Positions 44,640 to 56,317 of a DNA stretch of 64,000 nt are shown here, piece after piece (the stretch's first letter is position 1; every line of letters starts with the position of its first letter). The translations under genes and the position numbers were made by a program. Source of the DNA: the human T2T-CHM13v2.0 reference genome, Homo sapiens. The notes beneath the pieces were generated by a model that had not been told where the DNA came from, did not search any database, and worked only from the letters and a program-made list of their open reading frames with translations. The stretch is taken from the NCBI RefSeq assembly GCF_009914755.1, contig NC_060934.1, one strand, 5' to 3'.

Positions 44640-45260
44640 TTTCAAATTTTGGACCTCACTTTCATTTTCTCTCTGGCAGGGTGATTGACACCGTATCACA
44701 TTTCCCCTGCAGCCAGAGCGCGCGTTCTATTATATCATCAATTACATACGGACACACATCTGGGTTCTTGGGTTCTTGCAGCTGAGCGCTCAGCTATCTG
44801 GGAGAAGAGGCCCCGTCCCGTCTCGGCTGCAGCAGATGAAGACTGGACCATATGCCGATCGCTTGGCTGGACCCGTGAATCTGAGAGACTTCCCATTCCA
44901 TTTTCAAAACTTCCAGCAAAGCCAGATGTATGAGAAAAAAGACATCCGGCCTCTGTAAGTTTTGACACAGTAGGAAACAGACTGATCCCTGGAAGATCAA
45001 TACAAAAGGCAACGCGGCAGTTCGACAGCTGAAAATACAGGCGGCGGCAGCCAGCCACGCCTGTGGGCAGGGGAGAGGGAGTAGAATGTACTTACGGACC
45101 CAGTAATACTGACCATATTGAAGGGTAAGAGGCATCCAAAGCGAGGCTGGCACTTGCTAAAGTGGTAGTAAACCAGAGCACACCTTCAGTGCCGGAGAAG
45201 AACGTTTCTGTCGCTCCCTGGAACTGCTCCTGGAAATGCCATGGCTCAGATGAAGCCCAC
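44640..45260. promoter_or_regulatory. CpG-enriched non-repeat island; candidate enhancer/promoter
   Basis: 24 CpGs counted in 44691-45212; TGATTGACA, ATCAATTA, CATCTGG/CCAGATG and other E-boxes. Confidence 0.55.
44680..44954 (+). ncRNA. Candidate non-coding exon (275 nt)
   Basis: Branch-like CTCAC, pyrimidine tract, CAG|G acceptor at 44679/44680; donor CT|GTAAGT at 44954/44955; stops in all three frames. Confidence 0.35.
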
Positions 45261-45649
45261 ACATGCCCATACCCACAGCTTCAGTTTTCTACATCAGCCC
45301 ACATTGCAATCTGGGAGCGATAGGAGCAGAGGTAGACCCTCTGCTCCCATCCCTGATAGCCAGGGACAATTTGCTCTTATGAGAGATCAAAGACCTTGAA
45401 TGCGTTCATTTATTTTGCTATGAGTGGAGACAGTCTCCCTGAGTAGGTACTCAAGGGAGAATTCTGGAACATATTTCTGCCTGTGGGGGTGCTAAAGTAT
45501 TGCAGCATGTGTTTAGTCTGGCATATGTCGGAGCCACCATGCCCAGTGGGGCGCTGACTGACTGGGAATGGGTGCCAGCCTGGGGCAGGTATGCTGGGAT
45601 TTAAGTTCTTTTCTGTGGATCTAACCAAGTTGCTCCTTCCTTCCCTGCT

Positions 45650-46571
45650 TGGTACAAACTAGTCGAGAAAACAAAAAAACAAGGCATTTGCAACAAATTT
45701 AAGTACAATATGGATAGAATGATTCTAGAGATGCCCTGAGGCAGTGCCCGGTGGATCCCAGCTGGGGAACACACAGGGGTGCTTTGGGAGTTTAGGGAAG
45801 AGAAGGGCTGTGGGGAAATTAGGGATCAGTGAAGCTCCTGAGGTTCAGGAACAGTTGATAGAGCCCAGTCGGGGCCCTTGGCTAACCCCAGAGAGCCAGG
45901 TCTGTGGAAAGCCATATCTGCTTCTGAGAAAATGTTTGAAGGAAGCGGGAATCAGGAATATGGTTCTATCCAGAACCCCTTGGATTTCAGCCTAAGACAG
46001 AGGAGAAGGCCTGGCTTCCTGGGAAGGCTCAGAATGGGCATATTCCACTTCATGGAGTAGTATATTCCCCCAGACATGGCCCCTATCGGACCACACTGTG
46101 GACTCACTCCCTTCATCAATGGCTGAGAGACTAAATTAGGCTAAAATGCACATGATGGTCAGGCTGAAGTGGCAACCAAGTGACAAAGCCTGCAAACTGG
46201 GGCAGACGTGAGGACCCTCCTGGTGCAAGTCCTAGGCCCAGGGTTGAGGAAATGACTCTGGGCTGTCAAGCCCCAGCTGATGGCCTCTCCTCCACTGGCA
46301 GCGGCAGCAACCTTCCTTATTCTCTGCCTCCTTCCAGTCCTATGCACACGGGCCAGGTCTGGAATGTCACTGGGGAGCCGCCAATGAAGCCAAGCAGATG
46401 AAATGGTACAAATAGTTGAGGATACAAGGCATCTGCAAAAAGTGTAATTACAATATAGACGTCACAATGCAAGAGATGCCACAAGGCAGTGCACAGTGGA
46501 TCCCAGCTGGGGAACAGGCAGGGGTGTCTGGGGAGTTTAGGGAAGGGCTGTAGGGGAATTAGTGGTTAGTG
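45650..46571 (+). repeat. Diverged direct repeat pair (~45650-45831 and ~46404-46571)
   Basis: Shared exact 21-mer gtggatcccagctggggaaca (45751, 46496) and colinear flanks. Confidence 0.85.
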
Positions 46572-46660
46572 CGGGTAATGCTGGCAATGTTTGCAGAAGG
46601 CATGTGTCATGATATGGTAGAACATGTTCTCCAGAGAAGCTCCTTTAAAAGGCTCTTCTA

Positions 46661-46975
46661 CGCCGGGTGCAGTGGCTCATGTCTGTAATTCCAGCACTTT
46701 GGGAGGTCGAAGTGGGCAGATCACCTGAGGTCAGGAGTTCAAGAACAGCCTGGCCAACATGGCGAAACCCCATTTGTAAAATATGAAAATTACAAATTAG
46801 TCAGGTATGGTGGCGGGCGCCTATAATTCCAGCTACTCGGGAGGCTGAGTCAGGGAGAATTGCTGGAACCCAAGAGGCGGAGGTTGCAGTGAGCCAAGAT
46901 CCTACCACAGCAATCCAGCCTGTGCAACAGAGTGAGACTTCATCTCAAAATAAATAAATAAATAAATAAAATAAA
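46661..46975 (+). mobile_element. Alu (AluSx-like)
   Basis: Full dimer, (TAAA)n tail; TSD aaag(g/a)ctcttct. Confidence 0.95.
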
Positions 46976-48122
46976 CATTTACAAAGACTCTTCTTAGCCT
47001 GGGTATAGAACTGACATTAGTGGTAGATCTAGAGAATAAAATGATCTATTCTTTTCCTCCTCTGCAGGTCAAGTCCATTCTTATGTTTATTTATGAATCC
47101 ATTATTATGTTCACATATATGTTTCTTCTCTTTTTTTTCTATGTGCATGGAACTGTATTGGCCTTGTGACCATTATAGTGCATTTTATTAGCATTTGTAA
47201 GCATTGCAATAAATTAGACATTTTTAAAGTGCATATCTCTAAAAATAATTACTTCAGTTTTGGCTAACACAGAGGTATCCCCAAGAGGAACATCAATTTC
47301 TTTTGTTGGAGAAAAGGCAAACATTTTTATGAAAACAATGCTTACTCCACATCGTAGGGTATGGAGGAGCATACAGGAGAGACAGGGCAAGTGCTTTTCC
47401 CAAGCAGCTGAGCCGAAAAGCAAGACAAATATTTTGAACAGTTCATATGTCAAGGAGACATGTGCAAGCTCTATTATTAAAATAATAGTGACATCACAGT
47501 GTGCCGACGTGGTGCTTTTATCTTCAAAGCAATTTATGACTGCTCATGAATTGACTTAGGACAAAAGATCAGAAATTGGCAGGAGGTTCTGGGTCTGTGA
47601 TTTTGGGAAGAATGGATGGGACAGAGATCAAAGGAGCATCTCCAGCCCCCATGCTTTCTCAGTGTGTCGCTTTGGAGCCTGAAAGGAAACCTATGATTCT
47701 GCCCTGGGGCGGTTTCTTCTGGAGAGTGGAAGCTGACAATTCAATGGCAGAGGCAGACGGGTGTTCTTAGATTCATCAAATCCAATTCCCCTAGTCCATG
47801 CCTGGTCATGGTCCTAGAACCAGGGTGGATCAAGAGATAAGTCCCACACCAGGATTCCAAGGACTACCTCCCACCCAAATTTGAAAAGAAATTTCAGATT
47901 CTGATGGGGCCTCTATGTCATTCCAGTATCCTTGGGCCAAGACACCTCCACAGGCTGACTCTGACATGATGAAAGTGACACTGGTTACTGAGCACTCACA
48001 ATGTGTTGGGCCCTACCCCACTCTGTATATAGATTGTGCCATTAAATCCACACAACTCCTCTTTGAGGTAGGCACTCAGGTTTCCCCATTTTACAGGTGA
48101 AGATAGTGGGATAGAATGTGAT

Positions 48123-48556
48123 TGATATGGTTTGGCTGTGTCCCCACCCAAAGTCTCATCTTGAATTGTAATCCCCATAATCCACACTTGTCATGGGCAG
48201 GACCAGGTGGAGGAAATTGGATCATGGGGGCAGTTTCCCCAGGGAGGTCTCCTGATAGTGAATGAGTCCCACAAGATCTGATGGCTTTATAAGCGTCTGC
48301 CATTTCCCCAGGTTGTTCTCACTCTGTCCTGCCGCCCTGTGAAGAAGATGCCTGCTTCTCCTTTGCCTTCTGCCATGATTATAAGTTTCCTGAGGCCTCT
48401 GCAGCAATTCGGAACTGTGAGTCAATTAAACCTCTTTCCTTTATAAATTACCCAGTCTCAGGTATTTCTTCAATGCAGAACTGTGAGTCAACTGAAACTC
48501 TTTCCTTTATAAATTACCCAGTCTCGGGTATTTCTTCGTAGCATTATGAGAATACA
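48123..48556 (+). mobile_element. THE1 (THE1D-like) LTR with 66-bp tandem duplication, inserted in a MIR
   Basis: tgatatggtttggctgtgtccccaccc ... gagaataca; TSD gtgat/gtggt. Confidence 0.92.
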
Positions 48557-49229
48557 GTGGTTAAGCGATTTTCACAAAGTCAGCAGCCATTGGCAGGCAG
48601 CAGGGTCAGAATTCATCCTTGGGTAGTCAGCATCTGGATTTCATGCCATTAACCTTAAGCCAGGTTGCCTCCATATGTCAGAGAAAGGAAATTGAAGTTC
48701 TTAAACTTTGTGCTTCCATATCCAATAAAATTCTCTCAGAGCCTCTAACTCTGGGCTCATGTCTAATTGTGATACCATCAAGTGGGTATTTCAAGGTGTT
48801 GACCAAAAGGTCGAGAAAGTCTAAATGGCTTTTTGGAAAGCTATATATCTGGGAACCCAGGGCGCTGAGCGACCAACTTTTGATCTCAACATGATAGGCC
48901 AGGAAATAATAAGAAGAAAGCTTTCCACTGGCCTGTGATGAAACAGGCACTGTCTGTCCTGACCCAGATGTCTGCTTCCCAAACCTGAACAGACCACCTG
49001 CCCCGTTTCTCTGCAGGGTTGTCCTGCTGGCTTCCTCAGCCTGGAAGCTATAGTCCTTCTCTTTCCCCTTTGCACACAGCTCTTGCCTTTTCCTCGCCAT
49101 TCTCCAGGCTGAATGACACTCTCAGGTTCCCAGTCACCCTCATCTCCTTGTGACTCCCTCCTTGCTATCAACCAACCTCAGCCTACTGATGACACATTGG
49201 GTAAGGGGGCTGATTCCATCAGATCCATG

Positions 49230-50000
49230 GCTTCATTTATTTCCGTGCTCTTTAACTATTTACGGAGCACCCACTCTGTGCCAGGCTATTTGCTAGGTGC
49301 TGGGTACACAGCTTGAATAAGACAGGCCTGGGCATTGCCCTCATGGAGCCTGTGGTTTAAACGGGAGCCCAGCATCAGAAAAATGAATGAGCAATAACTT
49401 ATCAATGGAAGTGAGCCCTAGGAATGAATATTCTAGGGATTGGAGTGAGGAAATAACAGGGGGTCCTGATCTCCTCTGGACATCAGGAACGGGCTCTTTT
49501 GAGGAAGTGATGCTTGAGATGGAGGCTGAGGAATTGGCCAAGAGTAGAGAGGGATGGTAATCCCAGCTACTCGGAAGGCTGAAGTGGGAGAATCACTTGA
49601 GCCTAGGAGGTCAAAGCTGCAGTGAGCTGAGATCACGCAACTGTGCTGTAGCCTGGGTGATGGAGGAGACCCTGTCTCAAAAAAAGAAAAGAAAAGGCCA
49701 ACATGTCTCAAGGTCGGAGAGCAAGGGGGCAGTGAGAGAGGGAAGGTGGGCTGAGCCAGGACATGCAGGGTTCTCTGGGTCACAGGGCACATTTGAGTTT
49801 TAATCCTAATAGCAGTAGGAAGTCCCTGGAGGGTTGTAAGTAGAAGGCTGATATAATTTATGTGTTTAAAAGATCACTTCAGTGTAGAAAACGGATTGAA
49901 CAGGGTGGGAGTGGAGGAAGGGATATGCAACTAGGGCTTCACTGGGATAGTCCAGGTGAGAGATGATGGGCCTGGATTAGGGGTGGCAAAGGAGCTGGAG
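49230..50000 (-). mobile_element. L2 fragment
   Basis: tatttacggagcacccactctgtgccaggc...; gtccaggtgagagatgatgg. Confidence 0.75.
49557..49695 (+). mobile_element. Alu right-arm fragment (J/FRAM-like)
   Basis: gtaatcccagctactcgg...ggaggtcaaagctgcagtgag...A-tail. Confidence 0.88.
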
Positions 50001-50184
50001 GACTCCGTATAGATGCTAATTTCTGCAGACCCAGAGAGAGTCTTTGCATATATGCTCAGTCAGTAGTAAATGTCCTATAAATGCCAGCTTCCATCATTGT
50101 TGTTATCTGTTCGTGTATTTGGTTTGGAAATACGTAGATAAATTAGCATAACATTATTAAGTAAAGGGAAACAACATTCTAGAT

Positions 50185-50317
50185 CAAACACTGGCAAACC
50201 ACAGCTTGTCTTGTGGGACAAGGCTGGCCTCGTGCCTATTTTTGTAAATAAAGTTTTATTGGAATACAGTCAGGCCCATTTGTATTGGTCCTTTATGGAA
50301 AAGCTTGTTGATCCTTG
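50185..50317. mobile_element. MER58A-like hAT-Charlie MITE (internally deleted)
   Basis: tttttgtaaataaagttttattggaatacag; 8-bp TSD ttctagat/tcctagat. Confidence 0.8.
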
Positions 50318-50346
50318 TCCTAGATGAGTATGCTTTGTGTTAGTGA

Positions 50347-50641
<295 letters not shown>

Positions 50642-51719
50642 GAAAGCTGGACTTCTTCATCCTTTTTCTCTGGCTTTCCCAGTCCTGAGACATGGGATTC
50701 TCTCCCACCTCTGCCCATGAGGCAAAGGCAATTGCCCACCTTCCTAGGTAAAAGGAGTGCCGTGGCTATGCTCATACAAGTAGTTATAATTTCATATATT
50801 CTTATTTTACAGAATACAGCAGCAAGGCCACTAGCCTTCATGTTTTTAGATTGACTTTCTGAGTAAATATCTTAAAATATTTTGACCAGACCCCACAAAA
50901 GTCAGAGTTGCTGATAGGTACTTTACAGAGGGTGCTGTCCTGTGATAGCTCTCGGAAGCTTCTGGCTACCTGACAGATGAAAACAGCAGCCTACCTGTCT
51001 GTGTATGAGTCTCAACACCTTTGTTCCTAGTACCAGGCAGGCTGAATAACTGTGACCCAAAAATTCCAGGTAGAGAGTGGAAAGATTGGCAGCTACGTAG
51101 TATTAAAAAATGGATTAAACTCTTACAGGAGTTCACAACTTATGAGTCACATTTCAAAAAAGTTTTTTTATGTCTTTATTTTGTTCATCAGGACACATTT
51201 TACTACTTAACTCATTTTATATGTGGGAGTTAAGTCCCCTGGCAATGAGAAGATGCTTGTTTAAATCGTAATGAACCTGAAGGCTAGAACTGCACCAGTA
51301 GGACTGCAGACTCCACCACCATGAGGACAATGTCCTTGGGGAAAAGAAAACAGTTTTTTTTTTTTCTTTCCAGGCACACAGTGAATCCCAGCCTTCCTTG
51401 CAGATAGGCATGACCAGGTCCCTGAGTTCTGGCCAGTAGAACATGGAAAGAGTCACCAAATGCCCGCCATTCAAGCCTGGACTGTCAACGCATCGTGAGG
51501 AATCCTCCCCTCACTCTCTCCCTCCACCTGCTGGCTGGATGCAGGGGGCTCAGCAGAGGCCTCTGAGCCCAGGGGCCCCACATGTCCCACAAGGCTTAAA
51601 CAAAAGAAAACCACAAACGCAGTCAATCACAGAGTTATTTTATTTAATGTTATAAGAAGTAACAACCATCAACATTGATGGGCAATGGAAAACTTTGAGG
51701 GATGGAATCCTCAGCTTTA

Positions 51720-51917
51720 GAACGAAAAATTATTTTGGAAGTTTGTGTATTTATTTTACAGACAAGGGTCTTGCTAGGCTGCCCAGGGTGGAGTGTGGTG
51801 GCTATTCACAGGAATAATCACAGAACACTACAGTCTAGAGCTCTGAACCCAAGTAATCCTCCTACCTCAGCCTCCTGAGTAGCTGGGACTACAGGTACCT
51901 CCACCGCTGCACCCGGC
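51720..51917 (-). mobile_element. FAM (fossil Alu monomer)
   Basis: Diagnostic gtggctattcacagg; TSD gaat(c/t)ctcagcttta at 51705-51719 and 51919-51933. Confidence 0.85.
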
Positions 51918-51959
51918 TGAATTCTCAGCTTTATGTGACAATGGAAGGGGTAGAAAGGT

Positions 51960-52125
51960 CACCTGTGAAGAACAGAGCATTTAGAGTGGACAGCCCGGGC
52001 ACTCAAGATCTGGCTCCTGCACTCATTGGCTGCATAAATCTGGGCCATTACCAAATTCCTACAAAACCTTAGTTTCCTTGTTTGTAAAATGAGAATAATA
52101 ACAAGACTAACATCATAGGGTCAAA
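51960..52125 (+). mobile_element. MIR fragment
   Basis: ccttagtttccttgtttgtaaaatgagaataataac...catagggt. Confidence 0.7.
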
Positions 52126-52478
52126 CATTCATTCAATAAATATTTATTGAACATCTATTAGGTACAAGGGACCATCCTTGTTTTGGAGAGTTCAGTATGA
52201 CGAAGACAGAAAGTGGAGCTTACAGAATGAGAGAAGGCCCAAGAAGTGCCTGGCAAACCCAAAGCACTCTACAAGCCTAAGCTGATATAGTATAAAGAAC
52301 ATTACCCATCTCCCCAAATCATTATCCCAGACCTGCTGTAGTAACCCAGGGTTTCAGGTATGTGGCCATCTGAAAATGATCCACAAACTCAGAGCCAGAT
52401 TAGGATGAGGAGAGAAGGGCACACTCATCCCAGGAGCATCACTTAAGGGGGCACCGAAAACTCTAATTAAGATAAACA

Positions 52479-52774
52479 GGACAGGCTCAGGGACTTGTGC
52501 CTGTAATCCCAATACTTTGAGAGGCCAAGGTGGGAGGATTGCTTGAAGCCAGAAGTTCTAGGCCAGCCTGGGCAACAAAGTGAGACCTCTGTCTCTGCAA
52601 AAAAATTAAAAATTCGCCAGGTGTGCTGGTGCATGCGCCTCCTGTCCCACCTACTTGGGAGGCTAAGGAGAGAGGATCACTTGAGCCAAGGAGTTTGAGG
52701 CTGCAGTGAGGTATGGTTGTGCCCACTGCACTCCAGCCTGGGTAGCAGAGTGAGATTCTGTCTCTAAGAAAAAA
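52479..52774 (+). mobile_element. Alu (AluJ-like)
   Basis: gggaggattgcttga, gagtttgaggctgcagtgag; TSD aagataaa(c/t)a. Confidence 0.93.
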
Positions 52775-52797
52775 AAGATAAATAATATCTTAATGCA

Positions 52798-53138
52798 TAT
52801 ATTACAGCAGTGTCTGTTCCCTCACTGATATAAAGAACTGCCTGAGACTGGGTTATTTTAAACGAAAGAGGTTTAAGTGACTCACAGTGCCACATGGCTA
52901 GAGAGGCCTCAGGAAACTTACAATCATGGTGGAAGGTGAACGTGAAGCAAGGACCTTCTTCACATGATGACAGGAGAGAGAAGTGCAATCAGGGGAAAGG
53001 CCAGTCACTTATAAAACCATCAGATCTCGTGAGAACTCAATCCTATCATGATGCAATCACCTCCTCCCTCCTCCCTTGACATGAGGGGATTACATTCAAG
53101 ATGAGATTTGGGTGGGGACACAGAGCCAAACCATATCA
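52798..53138 (-). mobile_element. THE1D-like LTR
   Basis: tataaagaactgcctgagactggg...ccatatca; perfect TSD atgca. Confidence 0.9.
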
Positions 53139-53887
53139 ATGCAACATTATAAACATATGCAAGGGAATCCATAATAATGAACAAAATATCTAAAGTTTAA
53201 ATAAAGACAGGCTCAGTATGACTGAATTTTCCTTTTGCCTCAGAATCCAAGATAGTTTGCTGCACAAACTCAAATCCACAAGGCCAAGTGCACGATCTCT
53301 ATTCCTGGGCACACATTATGCTTTGCTAGAGCACTTCCACATTTTCTTTCTTCTTTCTGAAGCAGGACTGTGAGGGAAAATGCTACTTGCTAAGCATATG
53401 TTCAGAAACTGCCTTTTCCATCTTGCCTCTTCAGATGTTTCAGAAATGGGGTTTTTGTTTTGTTTTGCTTTTTAACATTCACCAGAACACAAAGCAGAGA
53501 GCTCCCAATTGTTATTGGAAGGACGTAGGGAAGTAAAAACAAACACATAATTAAAATAGCACCCCGTCAAGGTCTAGATTCCCAGCCTCAGAGGCGAAGG
53601 TCTGTGGGCCAGGGCAGGGTGCACTCAGGGACCTCAAAAGCAGAGGCGAAATGAACCCAGAATTCAGATCTAAAGCAACAGACCCTTTTCCCGTCAGGCC
53701 CCAGGCCTCGGCTGGATCTCTGTCTCCCCTCTGAAACATACACACACTCATATTGGGTATTTAATCATCTGTATTTGCCAGGAAACTGCAGTCTTCCTTT
53801 CAGGCTGTTAATACAATAAAAATCAAAATGATTCATGTCAAAACAAGGACATATATTTGTGTAGAGGATTGGACAAATACATTACTC

Positions 53888-54320
53888 TGTGTGTGTCAGT
53901 GTGTGTGTGTGCTTGTGTATGTGAGTGCCAGTGTCTGTGTGTCAGTGTGTGTGAATGTGTTAGTGTGTATGTGTATGTCAGTGTGTATAGTTACGTGTGT
54001 GTATGTTAGAGTGTATGCATGTGTCAGACTGGATCTGTGTGTGTGTCAGTATGTATGTTTGTCAGTGTGCCACTGTGTGTAATTGTGATGTGTATGTTCG
54101 TGTGTGTGTGCATGTCAATATATGTATATTTGCTCTCAGTGTGTATAATTGTGTATGTGTATGTTAGTGTGTATGTGTGTCAGCGTGTGTCAATGAGTAT
54201 GTGTGTCAGTGTGTGTGTGTCAGTGTGCCACTGTGTGTAATTGTGTATGCATATGTGTGTATCGGTGTGTCGGCATGTATGTGTCAGTGTGTGTCTCTGT
54301 GTGAGTGTGTGAGTATGTCA
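53888..54320. repeat. Degenerate (TG)n-rich tract
   Basis: TG runs with recurrent TGTCAG; 27-mer gtcagtgtgccactgtgtgtaattgtg at 54061 and 54219. Confidence 0.9.
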
Positions 54321-54898
54321 TAAAGAAACCCCACTCGCCCCCCACCCCAGGCACACTGCAGATCCTGCTGAAGCCATCTGGCCTGGACATTAACACAGTG
54401 CAGATGCGGCGTGCAGAGAGTGCCTGAGCCACGCAGGGCCACTTCCGTGCTCCGATGACAGTGAGTGGCCTCCATGTAACATGTTGTTGGCATTGCTAAC
54501 AGCAGCAGGTGCTGTTCGGCTTCTGATTTAACTCAGCCTGCAGGCCCAAATCATTACAAGGAGATTTATGGGTGTTACCACATTTTGTTACAGATTTTGT
54601 TTCCAGGAGGAGAGTCTTCTGTTGCAAGCAGGAGAAAGGGTGGCAGCTAATCCATCATGTCTGCGTTGAGCTACATGATACTGAAGAACATTCGAGCAGC
54701 TTAGGGTGCGATGGAAGGAACACTTGGTGTGTCAATTTTCCCAGAGATTGAAAGGTACACCTTAGAAATCAGTCTACTGACTGGGCAAACCATGTACCTG
54801 GGTAAATGATATCTTTCTTGTTAACCAACAGCCACTTGTAGCCTACTAGGCTAGAGACTTTGAGGGGAAGGAGTGAAGTCCGTGATTCTTGTTTTTAA

Positions 54899-54991
54899 CC
54901 CATTTATGCCTAGCGTTCCATTATTGGGACACTAAGCTTGTGGGAGTTATTTATATCCTACTGCTCAAGGTTATTGCCAAGGTCTGATTTT

Positions 54992-55026
<35 letters not shown>

Positions 55027-55049
55027 TTGTAACCTCTGGCATAAATGGG
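54899..55049 (+). mobile_element. MER85 (piggyBac/PGBD3-derived MITE) with internal (CA)n
   Basis: TTAA TSDs at 54895-54898 and 55050-55053; TIRs cccatttatgcc / ggcataaatggg; internal gttccattattgggac. Confidence 0.93.
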
Positions 55050-55235
55050 TTAAGGGGCTTATAGAATAGTTGTCTGGTTACAAAGTAATCACACTCTTTT
55101 GAGGAAAGGTTTGTGGGCTCATTTTACGAATTGACATCCCCCTTCTGCATGCATTCTCGTCTTTAGGTAGACAGCTCTCGGAGGGGAGGGAAGGCTGGGC
55201 GTGGCTCTGCTGCTGACAGCTCTGTGACCTGAGGC

Positions 55236-55420
55236 CAGTGCTTCTGCACGTGTGGTTGGGACCAGCAGCATCGGCATCACCTGGGAGCTTGTGAGAAATT
55301 CAGATTCTCAGGCCCCAGCCCAGTCCTGCTGAATCAGAAGCCCTGGGAGTGGGGCCAGCAATCTGAGTTTTACCAGCCCTCCAGGTGATTCTGAAACATG
55401 CTCAAATTTAAGAGCCATGG
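55236..55420. mobile_element. MER5A (hAT-Charlie) inserted in a MIR
   Basis: ggaccagcagcatcggcatcacctgggagcttg...ccctccaggtgattctga. Confidence 0.88.
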
Positions 55421-56067
55421 TCTTAGCAAATCTCTTCATCTCTTTGGTCTTATGTTCCTCACTCCCTGCAAAATGGTAAAAATCATATGCTATAGTTGTG
55501 GAGATCAAATGGGGAAATCAAGGCACTTAAGACATAGTAAAGGACAGTAACAAATAATCAGTTAATAATAATAAAGTATCACCAGTGCAAAGCACAAAAC
55601 ATCCCTGAAGGAGATCAGCAAACTCTTGGCAATGATTTGCAAGGATGTTCTATTTCAGGGATTGTCTCCTTCAGGGAAATGTCCAAGAAGCACCTTCAAC
55701 TCAAGACGATGTTTTCAATTCCCACACCATGATGAAAACCCCACTTGCCCTCACGGTTGATTCTGTGAGGCAGCATCTGTGGCATCTTTAGTGGAAAGGA
55801 TTCATATCTTCAGATGCAAGGGCCCAGCCCGCATGGGCATCAGGCCAGGTAATTTCAGGCCAGACTAGTTGGAACCTTTTTCTTCACAGGAAGTGGAAGT
55901 CAAACCAGGAGATAAACATTCAGGAGAGAGAACAGCATTCCCCATCACTTCAGAGGCAAATCAAATACACAGTGGTGAATAGGAGACAGAAATTTCCTTT
56001 ATTCAAGACATTGGGATAAAGGTTACATAGATAGTTCTGAGAAAACCATCTCTACTGTTAAAAAAAA

Positions 56068-56317
56068 CCCAAAGCATCGTATGTTCTCACTCATAAGTGG
56101 GAGCTGAGCAATGAGAACACATGGACACAGAGAGGAGAACATCATACATTGGGGCCTGTCGGGGGGTTGGGGGCTAGGGGAGAGATAGCATTAGGAGAAA
56201 TACCTAATGTTGATGACGGGTTGATGGGTGCAGCAAACCACCATGACACGTGTATACCTATGTAACAAACCTGCACATTCTACTCTGTACCCCAGAACTT
56301 AAAGTATAATAAAAAAA
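56068..56317 (+). mobile_element. L1PA 3' end (L1PA7/8-like)
   Basis: atgttctcactcataagtgggag...gatagcattaggagaaatacctaatg...agaacttaaagtataataaaaaaa. Confidence 0.93.

Larger units (their letters stand above)
52389..53256. mobile_element. hAT-Tip100-type MITE (ORSL-like) split by Alu and THE1
   Basis: aagggggcaccgaaaactc...aagataaataatat...taaataaagacaggctcagtatgactgaattttccttttgcctcag. Confidence 0.5.

Noticed and set aside
44740-44763. TWIST1-homeodomain Coordinator composite motif
   Set aside because: Homeobox and E-box are both present but about 12 bp apart, not the fixed short spacing required.
44685-44933. 82-aa ORF in the CpG-rich island
   Set aside because: Starts at TTG just after an in-frame TGA, no ATG, no recognisable homology; all frames of the candidate exon are closed.
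45541-45556. CTCF-like gcccagtggggcgctg
   Set aside because: Mismatches the 5' half of the core, including the AG positions.
53828-54240. Cys/Val-rich ORFs
   Set aside because: Translation of TG repeats.
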